Numbered from the stretch's first letter, positions 31,227 to 41,392 are shown. The stretch is DNA of 64,000 nt from Candidatus Delongbacteria bacterium (GCA_963663545.1 OY760505.1:96001-160000), one strand, 5' to 3'. The notes: generated from the letters alone by a model not told the origin. Program-made: numbers and translations.

Positions 31227-33959
31227 ATGCTGTCATCCAAGTTTACGCGGATGCTGCTGCTCGCACTGCTGACTCTGACGCATAACATCCTGGCACAGAT
31301 GATTCTGGACGAAAGTTTCAATCACGGCGGCGCCCTGCCCGAAGGCTGGAGCGTGCAATCTATATCGCGCACCACGGCCTGGGCGCCCGTTCTGCAAGGT
31401 GGCACGGACTGGGCCTTGCAGTGCGGTCAGGGTCCCTTTGAACTGCCGGCAAGCGAATGGTTAATCTCGCCGATCCTGGATCTTGACGAATGCGAAATCC
31501 TGACTCTGAGCTGTATCACCGATTTCCAGCAAGATCAGTGCACGGCAACCTTGCGTCTCAGTACCAATGGTGGTTCAAGTTGGAGCAGCTACTACAGCTT
31601 TAGCCCGGACAGTGCCAGTGTGCACCTCGAGGGGATTCCCCTGGCGGGAGTCGGACAAGCGCGTCTCGCTTTTGTGCTAACGGGGCAGTTTGCCAACGCA
31701 AACGCTAGTTGGCTTCTCGACGATATCTGTCTGCAGAACACCTACGGGCCGGATCTGGAAGCGCCGCGTATCAGCAATCCCATCCCCACCCAACCGCCGC
31801 AGACGCTGCATACGATGGATCTGGAAATCGGTTGCACGATCATTGATCGCAGTATCGTAGACGCAAGCAGCGTTTCCTATCGCTTGGACAGCAACGGAGA
31901 CATGGACTACGAGGACCCGGGCGAGGGGTGGCAGCTGATTCCGGGTTTGGCGGACGCTGAAACACTGAATGTCGTTCTGGCCTTCACCAGTCCACAGGAA
32001 ATCGCCTGCATGTTCTTCGAATTCCGTGCCGCCGATCTTAGCCCGGACAACAGCGAAATGGCCTATAGCGGCACTTTGCATCAAGAGGGCGTCGCGGATG
32101 ACTGGTATCTCTGTGTTCTAGTCGAGGAGGAGGCACCGGCCTTTGGCGCGGCTTTTCCAGGATCGCAGCCGGAGCCTGCCTGGACCAGTGCCGACAGCGT
32201 ACAGGTAGGCGTGCGTGTTACAGACGCGGGGTGGTGGGTGGATGCGAGCACACTAGCCTGGCGACTGGATGCGAACGCCGATGGCGAGTACAGCGGTACT
32301 GCGGAGCAGTGGCAAACTCTGGACGGCTATGAGGATGCTGCTGATATCACCCTCCGGCAATGGCTGCACCCCGCTGCAGATGGTGTTTACAGCGTAGAAT
32401 GGCGCGCGTGGGACAGGAATGGTTCCGGACCTGGATACAGCATGACGCAGGAAGGAATCGCCGACGATGTTGTGATACGCGTTGATCGTACGCCACCGCC
32501 AGCAACAATCCTCTATGTGCAATCCACCGGTGAGAGTGAGACACACTTGCTGTTCGCGCCCAGTAGCGAGGCGCATTTCTCACGCTACGAGTTATACCTC
32601 TCTAGCGACAGCCTGGTCAGCACAAGTGACCAGCTCTGGAGCGTCAATCAGGACCCGGCCCTCGCGCAACGTGATACATGGAGCACAGCGGTGACCGGGC
32701 TGGAGATGGGGCATCGCTACTGGCTGGCAATGCGTGTGCGTGACCTGGCTGGCAATGTTAGTCCATGGTCGAATCGCGTGAGCGTGCTCACGGAGGGATT
32801 CGCACCTCGTCCAATTATCGATCTGCGTGTGGAACGCGCCGGTGGGCCCTGGAAGCTCGTCTGGTCGGTGCCTTACTTTGATGTGGCGGGTGGAAGCCAC
32901 GTCTGCATTGACCACTACGAAATCCACGCGTCGGATAGCCCCTGGTTCACCATCGACAACGATACGTGGATTGCCAATAGCACTGTGCCCTGGTTCAACT
33001 TGGCAGCGCCGACGGGAGGCAGCGTTTTTTACCAGGTCCTCAGCGTAGGGGCGGGAGACGGCCTTCTGGGCCTGGATCGTGTACTCATCCCCGCCGGAAG
33101 CTTCACCATGGGGCACCCTGCCGTGGACGAGTTACCGCATAGCGTGCAGCTACCCGCTTATACCATCGACCGCTGTGAGGTCACAAATGCGGGCTATGCC
33201 GAGCTCCTCAACTACGCCCTGGACAACAGCTTGTTCAATCTAGTGGCGGATGCGAGCGCCGTGTATTCGCGCGAAGGGCATCTACTGATTGATCTCACAC
33301 GTAGCGATACTGGTTTGTATTACAGTGATGGAGTTGTCCTTGTCTATGGTGGCAAGGAGGATTATCCCGCGCACGTCAGCTGGTTCGGCGCAGCCTGCTG
33401 TTGTGACTGGTTGAGCGCTGCAGCCGCAAGACCGCTATTCTACGATGGTGATTATTCGGTCTCCGCTGAACACAATCCTTATACAAGCGGCAGTTACCGT
33501 CTTCCCACAGAAGCCGAGTGGGAACGAGCAGCCCGCGGTGACACAGATATGCGAGTTTTTCCCTGGGGTGATACATTCAACATGGAGATCAACGGCGTGA
33601 CACAACACGCCAATGTCCTGGGATCAGCCGATGGCTTCAACGGGGATGCGCCCGTGGGCAGCTTTCCTACGGGAGTCAGTCCCTGGGGTTGCCTCGATAT
33701 GGCGGGCAGCGCATGGGAGTGGACCAACGATTGGTGCTGCGAGGAATACACAGGCGCTGATGTCGAGCCTTTTGGCGCGGAATCCGGGAGTCAGCGTGTG
33801 ACACGAGGAGGTGCGTGGAACTACCTCTACACGCTATCGCAAGTATCACGCCGCGGACAAAACCTGCCAGCCAACGCAAGTGGTAACGATGGCTTTCGCA
33901 TCGTTCAACTCACTCAGGGGAGCGTCAGAATGCGGAACTCGACATCCGCCACGCCCTGA
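31227..33959 (+). CDS. Exported multidomain protein with Fn3-like region and C-terminal FGE-sulfatase (SUMF1) domain
   Basis: Signal peptide; IPAGSFTMG, EVTN, YRLPTEAEWERAARG, DMAGSAWEW and RGGAW...GFRIV; start 31212 or 31227. Confidence 0.8.
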   Translation: MLSSKFTRMLLLALLTLTHNILAQMILDESFNHGGALPEGWSVQSISRTTAWAPVLQGGTDWALQCGQGPFELPASEWLISPILDLDECEILTLSCITDFQQDQCTATLRLSTNGGSSWSSYYSFSPDSASVHLEGIPLAGVGQARLAFVLTGQFANANASWLLDDICLQNTYGPDLEAPRISNPIPTQPPQTLHTMDLEIGCTIIDRSIVDASSVSYRLDSNGDMDYEDPGEGWQLIPGLADAETLNVVLAFTSPQEIACMFFEFRAADLSPDNSEMAYSGTLHQEGVADDWYLCVLVEEEAPAFGAAFPGSQPEPAWTSADSVQVGVRVTDAGWWVDASTLAWRLDANADGEYSGTAEQWQTLDGYEDAADITLRQWLHPAADGVYSVEWRAWDRNGSGPGYSMTQEGIADDVVIRVDRTPPPATILYVQSTGESETHLLFAPSSEAHFSRYELYLSSDSLVSTSDQLWSVNQDPALAQRDTWSTAVTGLEMGHRYWLAMRVRDLAGNVSPWSNRVSVLTEGFAPRPIIDLRVERAGGPWKLVWSVPYFDVAGGSHVCIDHYEIHASDSPWFTIDNDTWIANSTVPWFNLAAPTGGSVFYQVLSVGAGDGLLGLDRVLIPAGSFTMGHPAVDELPHSVQLPAYTIDRCEVTNAGYAELLNYALDNSLFNLVADASAVYSREGHLLIDLTRSDTGLYYSDGVVLVYGGKEDYPAHVSWFGAACCCDWLSAAAARPLFYDGDYSVSAEHNPYTSGSYRLPTEAEWERAARGDTDMRVFPWGDTFNMEINGVTQHANVLGSADGFNGDAPVGSFPTGVSPWGCLDMAGSAWEWTNDWCCEEYTGADVEPFGAESGSQRVTRGGAWNYLYTLSQVSRRGQNLPANASGNDGFRIVQLTQGSVRMRNSTSATP

Positions 33960-34363
33960 TCGAGATAGCCGAGGCGTCGGGCAGCCTCGTAGCTCAAGTC
34001 CAGTACACGCCCACTTTTAAAGGGGCCACGATCGTTGACGACAACCTCGACTCTTTTGTCGTTGGCAAGATTGCGTACTTGAATCCATGTTCCCAAGGGA
34101 AGACTGCGATGTGCCGCACTCATGCCGTGCATATCAAAGGTTTCGCCGCTCGCGGTAGGGCGTCCGTGAAAATCGGCCCCATACCAGCTCGCCTTTCCGC
34201 GTAGAACCTGGTTCGCCTTGTACCCGCCGTTGTCACCACTGCCCTGCACCGATCCTGTACTGCGTTGCCCGTCGTCCGGATTGCTGGTAAAGCGCGGAGC
34301 CGGAGTACACGCGATCAACAAGAACAGCAGCGACAGCAGAAGAAGTGGTGTACCACGCTTCAT
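33914..34363 (-). CDS. rlpA: Septal ring lytic transglycosylase RlpA family lipoprotein
   Basis: Lipobox LIAC; GKASWYG, TASGE, AAHRSLP, NDRGPF and DLSYEAA. Confidence 0.92.
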   Translation of the reverse strand: MKRGTPLLLLSLLFLLIACTPAPRFTSNPDDGQRSTGSVQGSGDNGGYKANQVLRGKASWYGADFHGRPTASGETFDMHGMSAAHRSLPLGTWIQVRNLANDKRVEVVVNDRGPFKSGRVLDLSYEAARRLGYLDQGVADVEFRILTLP

Positions 34364-34953
34364 CTCAGTGCTCCCGTAGTACGTAGTAGCAGGTAGATCC
34401 TGGCCAGATGCTCAACTTGTTCCGACAGATGAAAGGCATCCAGCAGGGAAGAAGTGCTGTAACACAGCATCCCGTGACGCTCTAAAAGTAAAGCGCGGTG
34501 CTTAGCAAGCAGAGGGCGAGCAGTGTAATACAACTCGTCACTGCCTGCGGGAGCCCAAGGCACCAGACCCACGCTACCAAAGGCTTGAGCCGCTTCGGGC
34601 AGGGCTGTTGTGTCCAGTCCCTCGGCCAAGGCGGAACACGCTGTTGCATGCGGCGAATGCGTGTGTATCACAGCTTGAGTTTCCGGCATCAGCCGGTAGA
34701 CGCCCGTGTGAAGGGCTACTTCGCTTGTTGCCCGCAGCGATCCCGAATCTTGCTTACCGTTCAGATCAATCTCAACAATGTCCGTGGGAGCAAGCATCCC
34801 TTTGCAGAGACCGGCGGGGGTAATCAACAGATGTGATTCACGACCGTGCTGTACGCGCAAACTAAGATTACCCTCATAGCCTGCAATGTGGCCGCGTTCC
34901 CAGAGCAAACGGCCTGTATCACAGATAAGCTGGCGCTCATGCGGATGGCGCAT
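34360..34953 (-). CDS. Class II aldolase/adducin family protein
   Basis: EGNLS, ITPAG, TSEVALH, VIHTHSP and LLERHG; start at ATG 34953 overlapping the upstream stop. Confidence 0.88.
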   Translation of the reverse strand: MRHPHERQLICDTGRLLWERGHIAGYEGNLSLRVQHGRESHLLITPAGLCKGMLAPTDIVEIDLNGKQDSGSLRATSEVALHTGVYRLMPETQAVIHTHSPHATACSALAEGLDTTALPEAAQAFGSVGLVPWAPAGSDELYYTARPLLAKHRALLLERHGMLCYSTSSLLDAFHLSEQVEHLARIYLLLRTTGALR

Positions 34954-37304
34954 CAGAACTCCCGCGAAATGCCAACCCAGAAGCGACGCGCACTCTGGTA
35001 GTAAGTGATCAACTCTGCATCGGCAGACAGTGCCGTACGCGTGACCTTGCCCCAAACCGGATGCTCACTGTCCCACACATTGCGACAGCCTGTTCCGATC
35101 CTCCAGCTCTGAACCTTCAGGGAGAGTGCAAGATCCAATTGGCTTCCACCGCCAATAACGACATCGTCCAGGATGCCGATCGAGAGCTTCGTTTCCGTCC
35201 ACCAACTATGCGTTACCGTGGATGTCAGCTCGGCGCTGGCAACCCTGAGTTTCCAATCCAGGCTGGAAACTCCGCGCCACTCGGGTTCGCCGGGCGGCAC
35301 TTCATCTTCCAGATCGACATAGACGATGGATCCATCACCTAAGGGCAGGCGTCCCCATTGTCCATACTTGCCGCCGCGCCAGCACAAAGACGAACGCAAA
35401 CACAGACCAGCAATGCGCGGGCTTTCGGCCCACAGATCGTTGGCGTAGACGAGAAGATGATCGCCATTGACGCGTGCTTGTGTCACGCCGGATTCACCTT
35501 CCGATGCAACAACCCATTCCATCAAGTCGCAGTTGCGGTCCTCGACAAAGACACGCAGACCGGCAAAGCGATATCGCGCCTGATACTGATAGCGTGTGAC
35601 CACGGGATTAACGAGCAGACTGCTACTGCCTTCGTCGGTGATATAGTCTTCAAGCAAGGGCCAGCCACCGTGCCACACGCCCTCGTCGACAACCGCATCG
35701 CCGATGTAGTCTTCAGGGTAGCCACTCTGATCCCACCATTCTTCAGGAGCAAAGGGCTGGCGCCGACGACTGAAGGAAAGCTCGTTAACAAGACCGGCCC
35801 AGCGGTGACGCAACGCGAGTCCAGGATCCAGGCTTTGCAGGTCTTCTTCGAAGCGCAGGCTGGCCAGATTGATTGTGCGGAATTCGCCTTCGCGCAAACG
35901 CTCAAAACTGTAATAGGTATATCGCAAGGCAACATCCGCATCCAACTCAAATCCATAGCCAAGCGAATACACGTCGCGGAGACGGCCTCCAAACTGCAGG
36001 ATACGCTCGTGGGTCGAATACCAGGGATCCTCCGGGTAGTCGGCAATGCCGGCGTTTTCCGGTCCGGACAAAAGGCTGCCGTCATCGTTGCGCGTGATAC
36101 TGCGCATATAGAAGTCACCGCGCAAGAGACCGCGACTATGCGTCTGTTGCATCCCGGCGTTCAGGCCAAATTCCAGTTGTCTTGCCTCGCGGACTGTGTG
36201 ATACCAAGCTTCTTCGTAGCTGATGCTTTCGCCGCTCCAGTTGCCACGCCGCGCCGTGTAATCAAACTCCCGAGCGTTCCAGTCCTCGGTTCTTACTGCG
36301 AGGTGTGCGCCTGTCTCGAAGCGCAGCTCCGTTGTTGGCGAGTACCCTGCTGTAACACGGTACAAGAACTGCTGTTGCTCTTCTTCGATATCCGCCAAGT
36401 CAAGCGCCATCACACGACGTGATACAAGATTGGCGTCACCCCTTTCCCAGTCCGCTTGGCTACGGTTGAACTCGAGCGACTGCTGCAACAACACCTTGGG
36501 GAAGATGTGTTGATGGCTGATTCCCGCGTTCAGCCTTTGGCGAGGATCACCGCCATCGGTCCTGCTGAGCAGGCGTGTTGCCTCAAGGCTCAGGTGATCG
36601 AGCAGACCGGAAGCCACATGCAGGAGAAGATCCTGCTCCTGAAAACCATGGTTGCCCGCACTGAGGCTCGCACGTCCATGCTCGAGGGTGGGAATGCGCT
36701 CGCGAAGGGGATCCTCAACAAAAAGAGCCGTGTTTCCACTTGACCAGGTGAAACCGGGAGACCAATTGTCAAGCGCGTAGGCGGGGGAATTCCAAAGCTC
36801 AACTGAGCGCGACCACGGTGTGTCACGGCGCAACCCGCCGATGTAGAGCTCTTCGCTGGTATGCAAAGGATCGCTACCGGTGTGATCCACGATACCGTCC
36901 TGATCAAGATCGAAACTGCGCACAACCGGTAGCCAGGCGGGTAAAAGCTGAAGCTGATACTCGTCCGAGCCTACACACAAATCATGATCGCTGATTAACT
37001 GTAGCGGAAAGCGCACATCGTTCATGATGTTGAACGACTCCCGTCGCGGAAGGTAGCCGTGACACAGAACAATCATCTCGTGCGGCCCGCAATGCAGACT
37101 ATCGCGTGACCAGTTTCCGCCTTCGTCTGTGACACAACGGAGTCCGTCGTTAAAGATGACTTGCGCCCCTTGAAGTGGAACGCCTTGTGCATTGGAAATA
37201 GTACCCCAGAAGCGAAACAACTCATCATGGCTTGTTGCCAAGCCCGCAGCGAGTAAAACCTGTGTCAATAGAAATGCGGAGAGAGTAAAGGTTAGGGTTT
37301 TCAT
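34953..37304 (-). CDS. Outer-membrane beta-barrel protein (TonB-dependent-receptor-like) with N-terminal carboxypeptidase-regulatory-like domain
   Basis: Signal peptide; GTISNAQGVPLQGAQV N-domain; amphipathic strands and C-terminal RRFWVGISREF. Confidence 0.6.
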   Translation of the reverse strand: MKTLTFTLSAFLLTQVLLAAGLATSHDELFRFWGTISNAQGVPLQGAQVIFNDGLRCVTDEGGNWSRDSLHCGPHEMIVLCHGYLPRRESFNIMNDVRFPLQLISDHDLCVGSDEYQLQLLPAWLPVVRSFDLDQDGIVDHTGSDPLHTSEELYIGGLRRDTPWSRSVELWNSPAYALDNWSPGFTWSSGNTALFVEDPLRERIPTLEHGRASLSAGNHGFQEQDLLLHVASGLLDHLSLEATRLLSRTDGGDPRQRLNAGISHQHIFPKVLLQQSLEFNRSQADWERGDANLVSRRVMALDLADIEEEQQQFLYRVTAGYSPTTELRFETGAHLAVRTEDWNAREFDYTARRGNWSGESISYEEAWYHTVREARQLEFGLNAGMQQTHSRGLLRGDFYMRSITRNDDGSLLSGPENAGIADYPEDPWYSTHERILQFGGRLRDVYSLGYGFELDADVALRYTYYSFERLREGEFRTINLASLRFEEDLQSLDPGLALRHRWAGLVNELSFSRRRQPFAPEEWWDQSGYPEDYIGDAVVDEGVWHGGWPLLEDYITDEGSSSLLVNPVVTRYQYQARYRFAGLRVFVEDRNCDLMEWVVASEGESGVTQARVNGDHLLVYANDLWAESPRIAGLCLRSSLCWRGGKYGQWGRLPLGDGSIVYVDLEDEVPPGEPEWRGVSSLDWKLRVASAELTSTVTHSWWTETKLSIGILDDVVIGGGSQLDLALSLKVQSWRIGTGCRNVWDSEHPVWGKVTRTALSADAELITYYQSARRFWVGISREF

Positions 37305-37396
37305 GAGCACAAGATAGCGAAGAACAGGCTCTGGGGCTTCGTTCGAAACTTGCTAGATTCTACACCGTGAATCACGCTATCACAAACTCCGGCCGC

Positions 37397-38200
37397 ATGG
37401 CCCCCAAACCCCTCGCCTTGATTTGTGGTGCCTCTTCGGGCATCGGTCGTGCGCTGTCGATCGAGGCTGCCCACCGTGGAATGGATTGCCTATTGGTGGC
37501 GCGCAGCGGTGAACGCTTGCTGGAATTGAAAACGCGCATCGAGCGCGAGGCGCCGGTGATGGCAACCATCCTTCAGGCCGACCTCTCACGAAGCGAAGGG
37601 CGCAGCGATCTACTGGAACTGATCCGCTACTGTGAGCTGAAGCCGGACCTGCTGGTTCTGTCCGCAGGAATGCTGGTCGCAGACAGCGTGTTGGCACAGA
37701 ACGCCAGCTTGCGCGGTCAGATGCACGACCTTCACATCAGGGCATGTAACGAGCTCATCCACGACCTGCTACCCGTGATGCAGAAGGAGGAAAATGGCTA
37801 CGTGCTGCTGATTTCCTCGCTTTCGGCGCTGGTTCCGTTGCCGGGATTTGCTGCCTACAGCGCAAGCAAAGCCTATCAGCTTTCACTGGGTCTCGCACTT
37901 GCGCCCGAGCTCGAATGCAAGGGCATTCACCTCTGCGTCTGTGCGCCAGGCCTGGTAGATACACCCCTTTTTGAACACGGGGGACTTCCGCGACCGCCAC
38001 ATGGGCTGCGCGCGGAAGAGGTTGCGCGGTCTGCGCTCAAGGCGGTTTTTGCCCGACGTCGCCTACTCATGCTCCCCTGGCGTTCTTCCTTGCGTAATCG
38101 TTTTTTCTGGCTGTTGCCTGAGTTTCTGCAGGCGCGCGTGTTACGCAATCTAGCATCCCGTATCACGGATTGGCAGAAACAAACGGAAGCTCATTTGTGA
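37397..38200 (+). CDS. Short-chain dehydrogenase/reductase
   Basis: GASSGIG, ADLS, ISS, YSASK and PGLVDT; start 37367 or 37397. Confidence 0.9.
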   Translation: MAPKPLALICGASSGIGRALSIEAAHRGMDCLLVARSGERLLELKTRIEREAPVMATILQADLSRSEGRSDLLELIRYCELKPDLLVLSAGMLVADSVLAQNASLRGQMHDLHIRACNELIHDLLPVMQKEENGYVLLISSLSALVPLPGFAAYSASKAYQLSLGLALAPELECKGIHLCVCAPGLVDTPLFEHGGLPRPPHGLRAEEVARSALKAVFARRRLLMLPWRSSLRNRFFWLLPEFLQARVLRNLASRITDWQKQTEAHL

Positions 38201-38225
38201 TACAAATAGATGTGATACAAATAGA
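38196..38225 (+). repeat. Perfect 15-bp tandem duplication TGTGATACAAATAGA x2
   Basis: 38196-38210 and 38211-38225 are identical; the first copy contains the SDR stop codon. Confidence 0.9.
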
Positions 38226-38285
38226 AACGGTACGTCGTCGAGGCTGGTGCTAGTTTCCAGGTATCAGGAGAAAGGAAGGACCCCA

Positions 38286-38528
38286 ATGGCCAGCGAGTTG
38301 TTGCAAAGCCTGCAGAAACGTTTAGCTGAGCATGGCAAGGGAAACCTAGATCCCGCTCAAGCAAAACAGGAATTGGAGCTACTGCTATCCGCCACCGAGC
38401 GCATGCTTAACAATCTGCACCTCGATTTCGAAGTCCCAACAAGTGACCCGGGATTGCTGGAAATGCACGTGGCCCTGCTGGAGTTGCGTTCAGCGACGAA
38501 TAACCTGATCAGCGACTTACAAGTGTAG
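38286..38528 (+). CDS. Small helical hypothetical protein
   Basis: ATG after GGAAGGA; 80 aa, Leu/Glu-rich; followed by a terminator. Confidence 0.6.
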   Translation: MASELLQSLQKRLAEHGKGNLDPAQAKQELELLLSATERMLNNLHLDFEVPTSDPGLLEMHVALLELRSATNNLISDLQV

Positions 38529-38531
38529 AAC

Positions 38532-38560
38532 AAAAAACCCCGCAAGTGCGGGGTTTCTTA
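38532..38560. terminator. Bidirectional rho-independent terminator
   Basis: AAAAAACCCCGC-AAGT-GCGGGGTTTCTT between the convergent small ORF and the tRNA. Confidence 0.85.
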
Positions 38561-38633
<73 letters not shown>

Positions 38634-38709
38634 AGATCTGCTGTGTCAAACAGCAGACACCCAATATAGCCTTTCGAATATTGGATGTCAAGCACGCCAG
38701 CTTCAGCCC

Positions 38710-39375
38710 TTAGGCCTTACGGTGGAAGCCAATGCGATCGTAAGGATTAACAATGCTGGTCAGCGCGTTCTGCCAATGGCTGTTGATCCGCTTGATGTAG
38801 CGCACATAGAGTACCAAACGCACCTGCTGCTTCGCTTCCAAATTGTGTACCTGACCCGTGGCCATCTGACGTGCAATCTCGTCACAGTCGCGATTGATCC
38901 AGTCGGCGCCGCGCAGCAACATGGCCGCAGCTTCGTAATCCTCGCCAACTAGAGCCTGACGACCGCGGGGAAGAAGCTCTTCGAAAACCGCGTGTTCGAT
39001 CTTGGCCAGCATCTCTTCAAAACCACCCGTTGCAATGGGCTCGCGGCTCTGCCTGGCCATGGTGGACATGTTCTTGGCATAGTCGCCGACGCGCTCGATG
39101 TCGACAACGATGCTGGTAAGCACGAGCGCGGGGTAGAGGTTTTGCTTGGCACCCATGTTCAAGTGCGCAACAACGCCGCGACGCACCTCGGCCAGTTTGC
39201 GATTGACCATCTTGTCCAACATCTCGATATCGAGCTTGCTGGCTTTGCCGCTGCGGACTTCCTTCCAGGCAGCCAAGGCCATAGACTCAACGTCTTCTAG
39301 CATGCTATTGGCCAGCTTGATGGATTCGCTCAGCATCTCTTCCTTGCTGAAGAGCTTATTGATCAGGTTAGGCAT
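38710..39375 (-). CDS. PhoU-domain protein
   Basis: LDKMVN..AEVRR and IVVDIERVGDYAKN; paralog of 39414-40076. Confidence 0.85.
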   Translation of the reverse strand: MPNLINKLFSKEEMLSESIKLANSMLEDVESMALAAWKEVRSGKASKLDIEMLDKMVNRKLAEVRRGVVAHLNMGAKQNLYPALVLTSIVVDIERVGDYAKNMSTMARQSREPIATGGFEEMLAKIEHAVFEELLPRGRQALVGEDYEAAAMLLRGADWINRDCDEIARQMATGQVHNLEAKQQVRLVLYVRYIKRINSHWQNALTSIVNPYDRIGFHRKA

Positions 39376-39413
39376 AGTCCGGGATCCAATCCATTCACAG
39401 TCTGCAGTTTCGA

Positions 39414-40076
39414 CTAGAAATCGCGCTTGAAGCCAATGCGATCAAAGGGATTCACCACGCTGGTCAGCATGTTGCTCCAGTGGCTCGAAATTCGCTTCAA
39501 GTAACGCAGGTAGAGGGTCAGGCAGACCTGATCCTTGGCGCTAAGGGTGCATTCGCAATCCCCAGCCGTTAGTTTCTCGGTGATGCGATCCACCAGGCGT
39601 CCCACCCAGCGGGTCTCGTGAATCAGACGCGCAGATTCACTCTTGTCGGAATTCAAGAAAGCCTGCCGTCCCTTGGGAAGCAACTCGTCCACGACTGCTT
39701 TTTCAATGCGCAGCACCTTTTTCTCGTAGATGTCCGCGTGCAGGCGACCAGGGTGATCCTTGGCCAGCTCGACGATGTTCTTGGCGTAATCACCGACGCG
39801 TTCGATGTCAATGATAATGCTGGTAAGCACCAGTGCGGAGTAGACGTTGTCCGTACCCACAACGGCAAGGTGCGTGAACACCTTGCGGCGCACTTCCGAC
39901 TCGAAGCGATTGACCGCCTTGTCCATCTCCAGCACATCGATGTCCATCGTGGTGTCTTCGCGCTTGCGAAGGCTGATGGTGGCCGCGCGTACCATGACCT
40001 CGACGTTTTCCAGCATCTTGCTGGTGTCAGCCAAGGCTTGATCCAGCAGGCTTTCTTTGTTGAAAAAGCTCAGCAT
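39414..40076 (-). CDS. PhoU-domain protein
   Basis: MDKAVNRFESEVRR, IIIDIERVGDYAKN and RYLKRISSH. Confidence 0.87.
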   Translation of the reverse strand: MLSFFNKESLLDQALADTSKMLENVEVMVRAATISLRKREDTTMDIDVLEMDKAVNRFESEVRRKVFTHLAVVGTDNVYSALVLTSIIIDIERVGDYAKNIVELAKDHPGRLHADIYEKKVLRIEKAVVDELLPKGRQAFLNSDKSESARLIHETRWVGRLVDRITEKLTAGDCECTLSAKDQVCLTLYLRYLKRISSHWSNMLTSVVNPFDRIGFKRDF

Positions 40077-40083
40077 CCTATCC

Positions 40084-41199
40084 TCACTTGGTCAGAAAGA
40101 TGATGGTCAAGGGCAATACGATGAACACGATCAGGATATAGGCAAAGGGCACCAGCCGGTTCCGGACAGAGTACTTGGCAAGAAGATCAGCCAGGAAGAT
40201 CGGTACACGGCGAATAGGCCAGATGATAACCGTACCCATGAGATTGAAGAGGAAATGCACAAGTGCAATGGCAACGGCGTTTGCGTCCGTTGTCACCAGC
40301 GACGCCATCAGCGCAGTGACCGTGGTTCCGATGTTGGCCCCCAGCGTATAGGGGAAAATCTGCTGAATATTCAAAATTCCCGCGCCCGCCAGCGGCACAA
40401 CCAGGCTGGTGGTAATGGAGCTGGATTGCACCATCGCCGTGATACCAAGCCCGAGCAGAAGTGCCTTGTAAGCATGGTTGAACAGCTTCTCTTGGAACCA
40501 GGTATCAACGCGCCCCATGAAAAGCTTCTTCAGCACCTTGGTCAGCAGAGTAATGGAGCTGAAAAGCAGCACCATGGCGATAATCAGACAAACCCAGGGA
40601 TTGTGGCTGACGGTATCGGTAATAAAGTGTACAGCCGGTTTGACGATCATTTTCAGCGGACTGCCCAGCTTGATACCACCGGCATTTTCCAGCAGAAAGG
40701 CGATCTTATGGCCGAACTTATCCAGTATACCGAAGGCAATTTCGAGGGGGAAGAAGATCAGCACCGCCAGTAGATTGAACATGTCATGTACAGTACTGGC
40801 AGCAAAAGCTCGCTGAAACTCGCGCGGATTGCCGATGTGGCCAAGGGACACCAGTGTGTTGGTAATACTGGTACCGATGTTGGCACCCATTACAATGGGA
40901 ACCGCCAAGGGGAAAGCCAGTGTGCCAGACGCCACCATACCCACGACCATGCTAGTTGTTGCCGAGGACGATTGCATCAGTGAGGTAGCTGCAATACCAA
41001 TAAACAGCGAGACGAAAGGATTCTTCGTCAAGTGCATTAACGATGTGGCGAGATCCTTGCCGAAAAGCTTAATGGATGAAGCCAGTAGCTCAATGGATAG
41101 GAAAAAGCAGTACAGCACCAGGGCCAACAGCAGCAGATTCAGAATCAACCGCAAAAGGGGATTCTGACCCGATTCGGCTGGAGCATTGGGTGAGTTCAT
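40084..41199 (-). CDS. Na+/phosphate cotransporter (NptA/SLC34 family)
   Basis: Two QSSS repeats each followed by GANIGT; start uncertain (41199 chosen). Confidence 0.92.
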   Translation of the reverse strand: MNSPNAPAESGQNPLLRLILNLLLLALVLYCFFLSIELLASSIKLFGKDLATSLMHLTKNPFVSLFIGIAATSLMQSSSATTSMVVGMVASGTLAFPLAVPIVMGANIGTSITNTLVSLGHIGNPREFQRAFAASTVHDMFNLLAVLIFFPLEIAFGILDKFGHKIAFLLENAGGIKLGSPLKMIVKPAVHFITDTVSHNPWVCLIIAMVLLFSSITLLTKVLKKLFMGRVDTWFQEKLFNHAYKALLLGLGITAMVQSSSITTSLVVPLAGAGILNIQQIFPYTLGANIGTTVTALMASLVTTDANAVAIALVHFLFNLMGTVIIWPIRRVPIFLADLLAKYSVRNRLVPFAYILIVFIVLPLTIIFLTK

Positions 41200-41392
41200 G
41201 GAATCAGGCACCTCAGTTGTATCACACTCGCTTTTCAGCGGATGCAACCTACATGAGAATGGTTAAATCCATGTTAGCGAATCGCTGCGGCAAGTAGAAA
41301 TCGTCACGCCAACATTCGTAATTCAAGTTCGCAACAGCCAAGTAATAAAGGGGCGCAGGGGAAAGCCCCGTGTTATCGAGTCCCGAATCGTA

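Noticed and set aside
33780-33915. Diversity-generating retroelement variable repeat in the FGE/C-type-lectin C-terminus
   Set aside because: The fold is a known DGR target type, but I see no template repeat or reverse transcriptase in the window; a remote DGR cannot be excluded.
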